Notes under the pieces: generated by a model | Database searches by the model: none | Seen by the model: the letters and a program-made list of their open reading frames with translations, nothing else | What the model was told of the DNA's origin: nothing | Assembly: GCA_036004685.1 (NCBI GenBank) | Contig: DASYRE010000024.1 | Coordinates: 64,234-128,233 of the forward strand | Reading direction: 5' to 3' | Length of the DNA: 64,000 nt | Source of the DNA: Candidatus Polarisedimenticolia bacterium | GTDB taxonomy: Bacteria > Acidobacteriota > Polarisedimenticolia > Gp22-AA2 > AA152 | Shown here: one piece after another, positions 28,979-37,894 of the stretch | How positions within the stretch are numbered: position 1 is the first letter of the stretch | Layout of the letters: every line of letters begins with the position of its first letter | Made by a program: the position numbers and the translations under genes

Positions 28979-31900
28979 AAGGGGTGGTCGAGCGGGCGGC
29001 CTCCCGCCCCCGCGATCCGCCCATGGATGAGATCGCGCTGCAGCTCCGCCAGCGCCGCCGCGGGCGAAGAATGGGAGAGGCGCGGATAGAGCGCCGGCAG
29101 GATGGAGAGAGCCGATCGATCCTCCATCTCCCAGAGGCTCGCGATGACCGTCCCGGCTCCGGCCGAAAGGAAGGCGCGCGCCAGAGAGGTGCGCTCCTCC
29201 CCCGGGGCGTCGCCGCGCGCCGTGCCGCGCTCCACGGCGGTCTCGCAGCCGCTCAGGACGACGAGTGCGGCCCGGATCGGCAGCGCCGCGATCTCTCCCG
29301 CTTCGAGGCGTCCATCCTCCCCTTCGCCGGGGGAGAGCGCCAGGTAGGAATGGAGCGGCGAGAGTGGGTCGAGCCTGCCGTGAGCCGCAAGGTGGATCAC
29401 CTCATAGTCTCCCGCGCTCCTTCGCAACACGGCCTCGCGGGCCGACGCGCCGGTCAGAACGTCCACCCGCGCGGCGGCGAGGCGGGCAATCCGCCGCGCC
29501 TCCTCTTCGGCGCCCGGCAGGTTCTCTTCACCCGGGTTGGCCATGGCGAGGATCGCGCCGGCAGGGCCGGCGCGCGAAGCGGCGCGGGAAAAGAGCGACT
29601 CCGCCGCGGGCAGAATCGAGACGCTCCAGCGCTCGATCACCGGGCGCTCCCGCCAGAGGAGCGCCCCGAACGGCGCGCCCTGGAGCGGCCCCGCGGGGAC
29701 GACCAGGAGCTGGTCGGCGCCGAGGAGCTCGGAGGCGACCGGCTCGAGCAGCGTCCGGCCGGCGAGCGCGGCGGCCCGTTTCCACGTCTCAGTAACGGCC
29801 GCATCCCCGCGATCCGGCCTTCCCGGATGTCGCAGCGTCTCGAGCGCTCCGGTCCAGGAGGCCGCACGCTTCTCCAGCGAAATCGCCTGGACGCCGAGCG
29901 CTTCACGGCGGATTACGAACACCAACAGCTCTTGGTCCGCGACGAAATAGTCGAGCATGAGTTCACGGGCTCGCAGCAGGCGCTGGAGACGATCGAGCGG
30001 CGCGACCGGCTCCGGCTGGAGCCGGGAGCCGGAATGAAGGGAAGCGGGAGACGAGAGCGCGGAGCGTGAGGCGACGTCCTCGGGGAGGCCGGATGCGAAA
30101 TCGGGGAGCGTAAGACGCTCGGCGAAGGTGCGCGCCTTGGCCGCCCGGGCGACCCGATAGGCTTCCTCCACCTCTCCCCGGCGGAGGCTGAGCCGGACGA
30201 GGGAGCGATAGGGCGCGATTCGATCTTCGAGGACCGCGGCGCGCCACGGGAGGGGCCGCACGCTGCTACGGAGCCGCTCCACTTCGGACACGGAGCGTTC
30301 GTACGATCGGCGAGCCGAGTCGAGATCTCCCGTGCTTTCCGCGACGCGCCCTTCGAGATGCAGGATCTTCCAGTCGAATTCGACGTTCGGCCGCCCCTGG
30401 GAGAGTCGGCGAATCCGCCCCAAAGCGGCGCGCGCCCCGGCGGGGCTCCCTCCCTGAAGCAGAGCCTCCGCCTCGACGACATGGGCATAGGCGATGCCAT
30501 GCAGATCGTTCTCGGGCTCGAAGACCCGCGACGCCTCCTGGACCAGCTCCACCGCTCTTGCACGATGGCCGGAAGCCAGCTCCAAGGCGGCGAGGTCGGT
30601 CATCGCCTCGGCCCGCTCCGCCGGTCTCGGGGTGTCGCGCAGCGCCTTCAGCGCCGCCTCGAGCGCCTCCCTGCCAGCGGCCGGCTCGCCGAGCTGGAAG
30701 CGGATCAGTCCCAGGACCTGGAGCACCATCGCCTCCCCGCGGCGATCTCCGGCTCCGCGATAGAGACGGGAAGCGCTCTCCAGCTCCGAGATTCCGCGGC
30801 GCGGCTCCCCCAGGAGAGAGAGGATCTGTCCTAGGTTCATCCGGTAGAGAGCCTCGTGGCCGGGCTCCGAAGCCGTCGCGACGTAGCGGATTGCCTGCGT
30901 GAGCTCCGACACCGTCTCTTCGTAGCGGCCGATGTAGAAGAGTGCCGCCGCGCGCTCTCCATGGATCCGTCCGAGCAGGGAGGGATCTTCGGCATTTTGG
31001 AGAGCCGCCTGCGCCGCGTCCAGGTGCGTCAGACCCGGCTCGTAGTGTCCTTGCTCGTTCTCGAGGTGCGCCGCGGCCATCTCCACCCGGGCGCGGGTCA
31101 GGATCGAATTGGTCTGACCGGCGGCGGCCCGGCAGCGCTCGAGGCTTCTCCGCGCGCCTTGAAAATCACGCTGTGCGATCTGCGATTCGGTGAGACTCAG
31201 CCACGCCTGGGCCTCTTCCTTCCAGAGGCCGGCTTTGCGGGCGATTTCAGCCCCCCTCCGGTGACTCTCGTCTCCCCGGCGCCTTTCTCCCTTGCGAGAG
31301 TAGAGGACCCCGAGGTTCTGCCAGGCGAGGGACTCGATTTGTGCGTCTCCCAGGGCGCGGCCCGCCTGGGCGGCTCTTTGGGAGTGGTCGATTGCGGCTT
31401 CGGTCTGCCCCAGATTTTGTTCGAGGTTCGCCAGGTTCAGCAGGATTGCCGCCTGGTCATCGCGCAGCCCGAGAGTCTGGGCGACCTCCAGCGCTCCTTG
31501 GAGCGCGGTCCGCGCTTCCGGCATCTGTCCGCGACCTGAGTAGACGAGCGAGCGGTTGCTCTCGATCGCCGCCAACAGCGCGAGATCACCCGACTTCCGC
31601 ACCGCGTCCTTGGCTTCTCCGAGACGGGTGAGGGCTGTCGCGTAATCTCCCTCCTGGGCGGCCATCCCCCCCAGGTTCGAGAGACATCGCGCCTCCTCCC
31701 GCAGGTCCCCGAGACGGCGGAAGATCGGAAGCGCCTTCGCGAAACCCGCAATCGCCTGGGGAAACCTTCCTGCCATCGCCTCCTTCTTGCCGGCGTTCTT
31801 CACACCGAGCGCGGCGTTTCGCTCCGCTCGCTGGGCCGGCGTCCAGGCGCGGAAGGTCCGGATCCGCTGCCGCAGGGATTCGTCCCGGAAGGCGGCCGCG

Positions 31901-32172
31901 TAAGCCTCCGACAAGGCGTCTTCGAGCCGCCGGCTCGCGGCGTCGCCTTGATTGAGGAGACGGTCGACCGCCTCGTAGGTCCCGGCGCGATCGGCCGCCA
32001 CCAGGCGGGAAATCGATCGGATGTCCGAGGAGTCGAGAAGCGCCCGCGTCTTCTCGATGAGGGCCGGGGCGTCGTCTTCGCCGGTGAAGCCGGCCGTGAC
32101 GGTAGCCAGGAATATCGCGACGATCGCCGCGCCCAGTCCCGCCGCGGCCCGCAGCGCGGGGGGGATCCTCAT
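28849..32172 (-). CDS. membrane-anchored TPR-repeat protein with C-terminal CHAT (caspase-like) protease domain
   Basis: Start ATG at 32172-32170 overlaps the anti-sigma stop (ATGA). N-terminal signal anchor MRIPPALRAAAGLGAAIVAIFLATVTA. ~600 aa of TPR-like repeats. C-terminal CHAT with His (VIHLAAHG) and Cys (VVLSGCETA) dyad. The upstream 252 aa of ORF 28849..32928 is antisense-frame read-through and excluded. Confidence 0.85.
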   Translation of the reverse strand: MRIPPALRAAAGLGAAIVAIFLATVTAGFTGEDDAPALIEKTRALLDSSDIRSISRLVAADRAGTYEAVDRLLNQGDAASRRLEDALSEAYAAAFRDESLRQRIRTFRAWTPAQRAERNAALGVKNAGKKEAMAGRFPQAIAGFAKALPIFRRLGDLREEARCLSNLGGMAAQEGDYATALTRLGEAKDAVRKSGDLALLAAIESNRSLVYSGRGQMPEARTALQGALEVAQTLGLRDDQAAILLNLANLEQNLGQTEAAIDHSQRAAQAGRALGDAQIESLAWQNLGVLYSRKGERRRGDESHRRGAEIARKAGLWKEEAQAWLSLTESQIAQRDFQGARRSLERCRAAAGQTNSILTRARVEMAAAHLENEQGHYEPGLTHLDAAQAALQNAEDPSLLGRIHGERAAALFYIGRYEETVSELTQAIRYVATASEPGHEALYRMNLGQILSLLGEPRRGISELESASRLYRGAGDRRGEAMVLQVLGLIRFQLGEPAAGREALEAALKALRDTPRPAERAEAMTDLAALELASGHRARAVELVQEASRVFEPENDLHGIAYAHVVEAEALLQGGSPAGARAALGRIRRLSQGRPNVEFDWKILHLEGRVAESTGDLDSARRSYERSVSEVERLRSSVRPLPWRAAVLEDRIAPYRSLVRLSLRRGEVEEAYRVARAAKARTFAERLTLPDFASGLPEDVASRSALSSPASLHSGSRLQPEPVAPLDRLQRLLRARELMLDYFVADQELLVFVIRREALGVQAISLEKRAASWTGALETLRHPGRPDRGDAAVTETWKRAAALAGRTLLEPVASELLGADQLLVVPAGPLQGAPFGALLWRERPVIERWSVSILPAAESLFSRAASRAGPAGAILAMANPGEENLPGAEEEARRIARLAAARVDVLTGASAREAVLRRSAGDYEVIHLAAHGRLDPLSPLHSYLALSPGEGEDGRLEAGEIAALPIRAALVVLSGCETAVERGTARGDAPGEERTSLARAFLSAGAGTVIASLWEMEDRSALSILPALYPRLSHSSPAAALAELQRDLIHGRIAGAGGRPLDHPFYWAGLAAFGAGGPEAAPERDASKPDREAARPRSARSVRKLDP

Positions 32173-32834
32173 CAGCGCGCCTCGAAGGCGATGGGCCGGC
32201 TCTCGGCCAGGACTCGATCCAGCGCCAGTGCGCGGATCCGCCAAATCAGGGTTCCGGGCCGAGGCCCCGGGACGCCGGAGGGCCAGTGCGCGGAGGACGT
32301 GCCCGCGGGAACGGTGAAGCTGGCGAGATTCTCCCCATACGCGCTGTGGACGTCGATGACGTAACGATCGGCTCCGCGGACCCTCGACCAGCGGAAAACG
32401 ATCGCTCCCGCGGGCGCCGTGGACCCGGCCGAAGGGACGAGGTCCTCGAAACCGCCCGCGCCGCCGCCGCGATAGGTTGCGGCCCCGCGCGGCGGCGTCG
32501 AGGGAGAGAGATAGGCGGCAAGCGCGGCCACGATCAGCAGAGAAGCGGCCAGGCCGGCGGCCCGGGGAGGCGTGAGCCATCGCCGCGCCGGGCTTCCCGG
32601 GTCTCCCGCCTGCTTCGCCCGGGCGATGAACTCGCGGGGCGCGGCCTCCCCCGCCGACCCGGCGGATCGCAGCAGCGCGATGCCGGCGCGGCACGCGTCG
32701 CAGCGGGCGAGATGCGACTCGAAGGTCCGCAGGGCATCCGGCGGAAGCCTTCCTTCGAGATAGACGGCGGTGGTCAGCTCGTCGGGATGATCTTCCTGAA
32801 CACGCGTCTCCTTCACGGCCTTCTCCTCGCTCAT
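32172..32834 (-). CDS. zinc-finger (zf-HC2) anti-sigma factor, single-pass membrane protein
   Basis: HLARCDACRAGIALL zf-HC2 motif. TM LAASLLIVAALAAYL. ~100-aa extracytoplasmic C-terminal domain. Start overlaps the sigma-factor stop (ATGA at 32831-32834). Confidence 0.75.
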   Translation of the reverse strand: MSEEKAVKETRVQEDHPDELTTAVYLEGRLPPDALRTFESHLARCDACRAGIALLRSAGSAGEAAPREFIARAKQAGDPGSPARRWLTPPRAAGLAASLLIVAALAAYLSPSTPPRGAATYRGGGAGGFEDLVPSAGSTAPAGAIVFRWSRVRGADRYVIDVHSAYGENLASFTVPAGTSSAHWPSGVPGPRPGTLIWRIRALALDRVLAESRPIAFEAR

Positions 32835-33718
32835 GACGGCCAGAAGGACGCGGCGTGGGCCGATTCGAGATCGAGAGGGGCGATGCCGGAGCCCGCCAGC
32901 CGATCGCGGAGGCTCCCGAGGGCGTCACGGACGAGCGCTTCGGCCTCCTCCGGCGAGACGGCGAAGAACTCGGCGATCTCCGCGTGGCTCATTCCGTCGC
33001 GGAACTTCAGCGCCAGAGCGAGCCGCAGGCGGGGCTCCATCTCCTCCATCGCCTCGCCGAGGATCCTCCACGCCTCCTCGCCTCGCAGCGCCGACTCCGG
33101 ATCGCCGTTCCGGCTCCGCAGCGGCAGGGGATGATCCGGGTCGCCGGCCGACTCCCGCACCGGGTCGATCGAAAGGGAGCCCTGCCGGGAGGCGAGGCGG
33201 GCGAGAAGCTTCCAGCGCTGGTTCGGGGACAGCGTCGCGGTGATTCTCGCCGAGCGCTCCTCCGCCTCGGCCGAGCCCAGCGTGATGCCGTGCCGTCCCT
33301 TCAGAAGTCCGCGGGCCTCCTCCACCTGCCGTCCCTCGCGAAGGATGTATTCGAAGAGCAGGCGATCGGTCTCGTCCATGGCCGCCACCTTGCCGAAGGG
33401 CCGGTACCGTCCCTCCCGGGCCCGGACGAAGTCGACGCCGATGTTCTTCGCCACCACGGCGAGATAGGTCGAGAAGCGGCAGGGCGCCCCGGGGCGCTCG
33501 CGAAAGACGCGGATCCGCTTCAGGTCATCCTCCTTGAGGCGCGAGCAGATCAGGAGGAAGAGGTCCATTCGATCGTCGTAGCCGTCGGCGAAGAGGCACG
33601 CGACGCGGAAGAGCACGCCGGCAAAAGCTTCCAGGAACTCCTCCCACGAGCCCGGCTCGCGCCGGGCGACGCGGGACAGGATCTCCCGTTCCGCCTGCTC
33701 GTCCATGATTCGCGCCAT
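32831..33718 (-). CDS. sigma-70 family RNA polymerase sigma factor (ECF-like, long sigma2-sigma4 linker)
   Basis: Region 2 (DLFLLICSRLKEDDLKRIRVFRERPGAPCRFSTYLAVVAKNIGVDFVRAR) and region 4 (RLRLALALKFRDGMSHAEIAEFFAVSPEEAEALVRDALGSLRD). ~110-aa linker between them. Confidence 0.8.
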   Translation of the reverse strand: MARIMDEQAEREILSRVARREPGSWEEFLEAFAGVLFRVACLFADGYDDRMDLFLLICSRLKEDDLKRIRVFRERPGAPCRFSTYLAVVAKNIGVDFVRAREGRYRPFGKVAAMDETDRLLFEYILREGRQVEEARGLLKGRHGITLGSAEAEERSARITATLSPNQRWKLLARLASRQGSLSIDPVRESAGDPDHPLPLRSRNGDPESALRGEEAWRILGEAMEEMEPRLRLALALKFRDGMSHAEIAEFFAVSPEEAEALVRDALGSLRDRLAGSGIAPLDLESAHAASFWPS

Positions 33719-33846
33719 CCCGGCCGGGCGGCCGACGGCGGCCGGAGAGCCGTCGTCGCGCGCGGCGTCCTGAAGGGGGGGGGACGAAGAACCACCCTAT
33801 CAGAATATACCCGGGGAGAGCGGGAAGTCTCGCCGATTTCGTCGGA

Positions 33847-33889
33847 CAAAGAAAACCCCGGCCGGGGTCCGTCGGAAGGCCGGCCGGGG
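33847..33889 (-). terminator. intrinsic terminator downstream of the large secreted protein gene
   Basis: On the minus strand: CCCCGGCCGG-(14 nt loop)-CCGGCCGGGG, a 10-bp GC stem followed by TTTTCTTTG. Lies between the stop of 33916..37143 and the sigma-factor gene. Confidence 0.5.
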
Positions 33890-33915
33890 CGCGCAATGGA
33901 CCGCGTCGAGCCTCT

Positions 33916-36900
33916 CTAGTACTTGACCTTGATAAAAATCGGCGAGCCACCTCCGCCGGGAGAGCATCCTTCGTTCACCGATCCGTTGCAATTGTCGTCG
34001 ATCGAAGTGGCGCAATCCTCGGCGCGCCCGGGATTCACCGCGCGGTCGGCGTCATTGCAGTCTCCGGCGCATGTCGTGTAACCGTCGCCGTCGGCATCGA
34101 CGCAATAGCGGTCGACCCGGATCTTGTCGAGGCGCGCGCCGAGCTCCAGCGGCCGGAAGCGGATCGTGTAGGTTCCGGCGGCGAGGTGGTAGACGATCGG
34201 ATTCAGGTTCTGCGTCGGGGAGACCGACGCATTATAGTGCCCGACCTGCGTCCAGCCGAAGCTCCCGCCGCCGTAGTTCGGCACCGCCTTGTCGAACTGG
34301 AAGCTCGCATTCGTCCCGAAGCCGAAATTGACGCCTGCTCCGGCCGGATCGGTGAGGGTCACCAGGAACGAGTTGTCGGACGAGCCCGAGGCGTAGACGC
34401 GGCTCCAGATCACGTAATCTCCGGCCAAGCCAATCGCGATCCGGTATTCGGCCGAGGCCTGGGAGGGATTGGAGCTGCCGGCCGGGACCGAGACGTAGGT
34501 GTCCGGGCCGCTGGTGGCCGCCTTCATGGGGAGGATCAGGGCTCCCGCCTCCGCCTCGAAATCCTGGCCTGTTCCGAAGACGGGAATCCCGCCGCCGGGC
34601 ACGTGCTGAATCAGGTTCGAGCCGCTGAAGACTCCGCCGCCCGCGGGGTAATGGGTCAGCCGGACCTCCAGCGAGGCATTCGCCGGATCGGGAAGCATCG
34701 TGAAGTCGTACTTCAGGACGCCGCTGCCGATCGCCTCCCACGCCGTGGACGTTCCATCGGTCCGGTTCCAGCGGCGATCCATCGAGACGTTGGGCGCGGG
34801 ACCGTACCATCCCATGCGATCGTCGATCTTGCAGGTTCCCGAATCGTAGCTCTTCAGCTCCGAGGGACAGAGGAGCGGACGGTTGTCGACCAGGGTGTCG
34901 CCGTCGTTGTCGACACCGTCGAGGTGCTCGGGCGAGTAGGGGAATCTCCGGGCGTTGGCGTCGTCGAAATCGAGCCCCGTCCTCTCCGTGGTCGCGAAGC
35001 CGTCCAGGTCGAGATCGGCGTTCTCCAGCCGGTACCAGACGGAGACGGTCCCGGTGTCGTGGAAGAACCCTGCCGTTTCGCTGTGGAAGCAGGTGGTCGC
35101 GCGGCCCTGGACGTCGAACCCCGACCAGCCGACCTGCGGGAAGACCTGGCGCGGCTTGACGATGCGGACCTGCAGGTTGCGGGTCGGGTAGTTGGCGAGA
35201 AGCGAGGGGGTCGCCCGGAACTGGATCGCGAAGTCGTAGTAGGGGTAGCCGCGGAAGGAGACGACCTTGGCGCCGGCCGTTGGATCCGCGAGGAGGTCGG
35301 CCAGGGTCATCCAGCTCAGCCCGCCGAACTTGATCTGGAGCCCATAGAAGTCGGCGTTGGGGACGGTGATGCTGTGGTTCCGCGAGTCGTATTGGACGCG
35401 ATGGCCGTAATAAGTGGACTTGTAGATCATCTTGCCGCACGCGGCGACGGTTCCGGCGGATTGCGAATAGGCCTGCTCGATTTGGAACGCGCCCTGGACG
35501 TTGAGCTGCACCAGGTCGTTCGTGTTGACGGCGGTCGCCACCACCATCTCGGAGGGCCCCGTGCCGTCGTTCGCTACGGCGAAGGAAGGCTGGACGTCGG
35601 CCGGCCTAGCGTCCTCGCGGTAGTCGTTCGCGGTGACGTAGTAGAAGTAGATCTTGTCCTCGGGAAAGATGAAGGTGTTCTCCATGTCCAGCGTGGTCAG
35701 CGGCTGCGTGGCGTACCGGAATCCGACCACCCAGCGGCCGTACTCGGCCTGCTGCGCCGGGGTGAGGTCGTCGAAATCCTGGTCGGCCCACTTGTTGGCG
35801 CGATGGTTGATCCGCGTGACGATCAGCGTGTTGTCGGGCATCCGGCCGAAGTCGACGTTCGCGGCTCCCACGTAGGTCGTGAGCATGTCGCGGGCCGTCA
35901 GGCACGCGGAGCCCGCCTGATAGACGGAGACCTGCCCGTACTGCCGCGGCGTGGTATCCCCATAGATGATGGAGATCCGGGCGTTCCGGCCGTTGATCCG
36001 GGAGATCAGCGCCCCCACGTCGGCCCCGCTGGCATGGTCCGTGACCGTGTACCCGCCCGCCAGCTCGAAATCGTAGACCCACCCCTCGGCCAGGGAATTC
36101 AACATGTCGTTGGTGTTCACGCCCACGAGCTGGGCGGGCCGGGAGACGAAGTTGTTGTTTTCGCCCCACCCCAGCGTGAGGGTGTCGGGAATCGTGATGT
36201 CGGCGATGACGTGCTTCACTCCGGTGAAGGGGCTGAAGGCGACGACCAGGATCGTGAAGTTGGTGACGTCGATGGTGATCGGATAGTCGGAGACGTTCAT
36301 CAGGCGGAACGAGCCCGTCACCTTCCCGTCGTTCTCGCCGACGGTGACGATGTTGTTCTCCTTGAGCGTCCGGAGGTTCGAGAATCGCGTCTCGATGTCG
36401 CGCGTCGTCTCGCGCGTCCAGGCGTAATTGCGGTTCCGCTGCGTCTCGAAGACGACGTTCACGTCGCTCAGCGAGAAGAAGGGCTTCTTGAGCTTGAGGC
36501 CGAAGCCCAGCTTGATCCCTCCGGGGGTGCTGAACTTGCTGATGATCTCGAGCGCTTCCTTCACCGCGGTCTTGATCTGGACGTTGTCCTGGTGGAAGCT
36601 CTGGATCTCGGTCAGGATTTCGGTGCTGTTGTTGTAGTGGTAGGTGATCGAGGGCTCGATCTTGGTGTCGAACTCGGCGGTGATCCGCGCGCGATCCGCC
36701 ACGTACGCGCCCGAGCGCTCCGGCCGATCGTCGGTGGGGACGGTCGCGTCGGTGAAGCCGTCCCCGTCGAAGTCGCCGTCCAGAGGAGGAGTGCACATGA
36801 CGTTGGTCGATTCCAGGCCGGCGATCCCCTGCGTCCTCCAGCGGCTCGGAGGGAGGGAGAGGGGCGTCGGCATCACGGGCCCGGATCCCGAGGCGCCCGA

Positions 36901-37143
36901 GCGCTCCTCGTTCAGAGCCTCGACATACTCGTCATAGGGGATGGCCTTCTTGAAGACCCTCTTGATCTCCGTCTCTCCCGTGGGGAGCTTCTCGGTGGTG
37001 ACGCGGTAAGCCCTCTGGGCCAAGCTGAGGCGCGGCGGCTTGGCGCGGGTCTCGGCGCGCGGCCGGGCGGCGACGAAGCCGAGCGCCAGCAGGATCAATG
37101 CGAGGAACGCGGCCGGGTAGATCGCACTCCGGTGAACTCTCAT
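33916..37143 (-). CDS. large secreted protein with C-terminal Cys-rich MopE-like putative metal-binding repeats
   Basis: Start at ATG 37143 (MRVHRSAIYPAAFLALILLALGFVAARP signal) with GGGAGGGG RBS. The upstream 61 codons of the ORF are excluded. C-terminus DRYCVDADGDGYTTCAGDCNDADRAVNPGRAEDCATSIDDNCNG plus a second DLDGFATTERTGLDFDDANARRFPYSPEHLDGVDNDGD repeat. Central ~700 aa is beta-rich with no recognised homology. Confidence 0.75.
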   Translation of the reverse strand: MRVHRSAIYPAAFLALILLALGFVAARPRAETRAKPPRLSLAQRAYRVTTEKLPTGETEIKRVFKKAIPYDEYVEALNEERSGASGSGPVMPTPLSLPPSRWRTQGIAGLESTNVMCTPPLDGDFDGDGFTDATVPTDDRPERSGAYVADRARITAEFDTKIEPSITYHYNNSTEILTEIQSFHQDNVQIKTAVKEALEIISKFSTPGGIKLGFGLKLKKPFFSLSDVNVVFETQRNRNYAWTRETTRDIETRFSNLRTLKENNIVTVGENDGKVTGSFRLMNVSDYPITIDVTNFTILVVAFSPFTGVKHVIADITIPDTLTLGWGENNNFVSRPAQLVGVNTNDMLNSLAEGWVYDFELAGGYTVTDHASGADVGALISRINGRNARISIIYGDTTPRQYGQVSVYQAGSACLTARDMLTTYVGAANVDFGRMPDNTLIVTRINHRANKWADQDFDDLTPAQQAEYGRWVVGFRYATQPLTTLDMENTFIFPEDKIYFYYVTANDYREDARPADVQPSFAVANDGTGPSEMVVATAVNTNDLVQLNVQGAFQIEQAYSQSAGTVAACGKMIYKSTYYGHRVQYDSRNHSITVPNADFYGLQIKFGGLSWMTLADLLADPTAGAKVVSFRGYPYYDFAIQFRATPSLLANYPTRNLQVRIVKPRQVFPQVGWSGFDVQGRATTCFHSETAGFFHDTGTVSVWYRLENADLDLDGFATTERTGLDFDDANARRFPYSPEHLDGVDNDGDTLVDNRPLLCPSELKSYDSGTCKIDDRMGWYGPAPNVSMDRRWNRTDGTSTAWEAIGSGVLKYDFTMLPDPANASLEVRLTHYPAGGGVFSGSNLIQHVPGGGIPVFGTGQDFEAEAGALILPMKAATSGPDTYVSVPAGSSNPSQASAEYRIAIGLAGDYVIWSRVYASGSSDNSFLVTLTDPAGAGVNFGFGTNASFQFDKAVPNYGGGSFGWTQVGHYNASVSPTQNLNPIVYHLAAGTYTIRFRPLELGARLDKIRVDRYCVDADGDGYTTCAGDCNDADRAVNPGRAEDCATSIDDNCNGSVNEGCSPGGGGSPIFIKVKY

Positions 37144-37346
37144 CTTTCCCCTCCCTGGGGGCCGGCGCACTCCGGCGCGGGAGCCGGTCCGGAGGCGCGG
37201 CCTGTTTGCTCTCGCCGGAGGATCAACGGACAAAAAACGCCGCTGCGCCTCTCGGCGGCCCTCCCGGGGGAGGGCTCGGCCGGCGACGAAGGGGAGTCGG
37301 GAGAGGAGATTCAAGGATCGTTTCAATGCGCTGAGGGGAGGATTTC

Positions 37347-37890
37347 ATGGGCATCGCCAAGACGTCAGCGTGGTGCTGCCTGCTCGGCCTGCTTGCCGGA
37401 TGGGCTCTGGCGGTTGCCGCCGCGCCGGCTCCTGAAAGGAAAGGATTCGCCCGCCGCCGCGATCCAGGGCGCCGAGACGACGCTCCCGAAGCTCCTGGCC
37501 GAGGTTCACCAGCTGCGGGTGGTGCTGCAGCGCGCGACGCTCGCCAACACCCGGTTCCAGATGGCGATCGAGCGGATGAGGATCCAGCAGGCGCACGTCC
37601 GCTCGGAGCTGGCCAATCTGGAGGATGCGAAAGCGGGCACGATCGACCGCCCGAAGGACCGCCGAGGAGCACTCGAAGCTCGAGACCGGGCCGGAGCAGC
37701 ACAGCCTCGAGGAGGAAGCCAAACGGATCAAGCAGGCGGTGGCCTCCATCGAGCGTGAGCTTCAGGGACGGCGCGGCCGCGAGGCGGAGCTGATCGCGCG
37801 CCTGCAGCAGGAAGAAAATCGGCTCGAGGACCCGGATCACCAGCTCGACGCGCTGACCGCTGAAGGATCAATCCTCCGTCCGGTGATGGC
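37347..37890 (+). pseudogene. small secreted coiled-coil protein gene, apparently disrupted by two frameshifts
   Basis: Signal peptide MGIAKTSAWCCLLGLLAGWALAVAAAPAPE in frame 0. Continues protein-like in frame +1 (AAIQGAETTLPKLLAEVHQLRVVLQRATLANTRFQMAIERMRIQQAHVRSELANLEDAK). Then in frame +2 (TAEEHSKLETGPEQHSLEEEAKRIKQAVASIERELQGRRGREAELIARLQQEENRLEDPDHQLDAL). Junctions near 37437-37447 and 37655-37665. Confidence 0.35.
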
Positions 37891-37894
37891 GCCC

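Noticed and set aside
28849-32928. N-terminal 252 aa of the 1359-aa ORF as part of the CHAT protein
   Set aside because: That stretch is Arg/Gly/Pro-rich read-through antisense to the anti-sigma gene. The in-frame ATG at 32172 gives a signal-anchored start that is translationally coupled (ATGA) to the anti-sigma stop.
33719-33846. ECF-type autoregulatory promoter (GGAAC-N16-CGTC) upstream of the sigma factor gene
   Set aside because: A GGGAAGTCTCG...CGTCGG string exists but on the wrong strand and with wrong spacing for the minus-strand sigma gene. No convincing -35/-10 pair identified.
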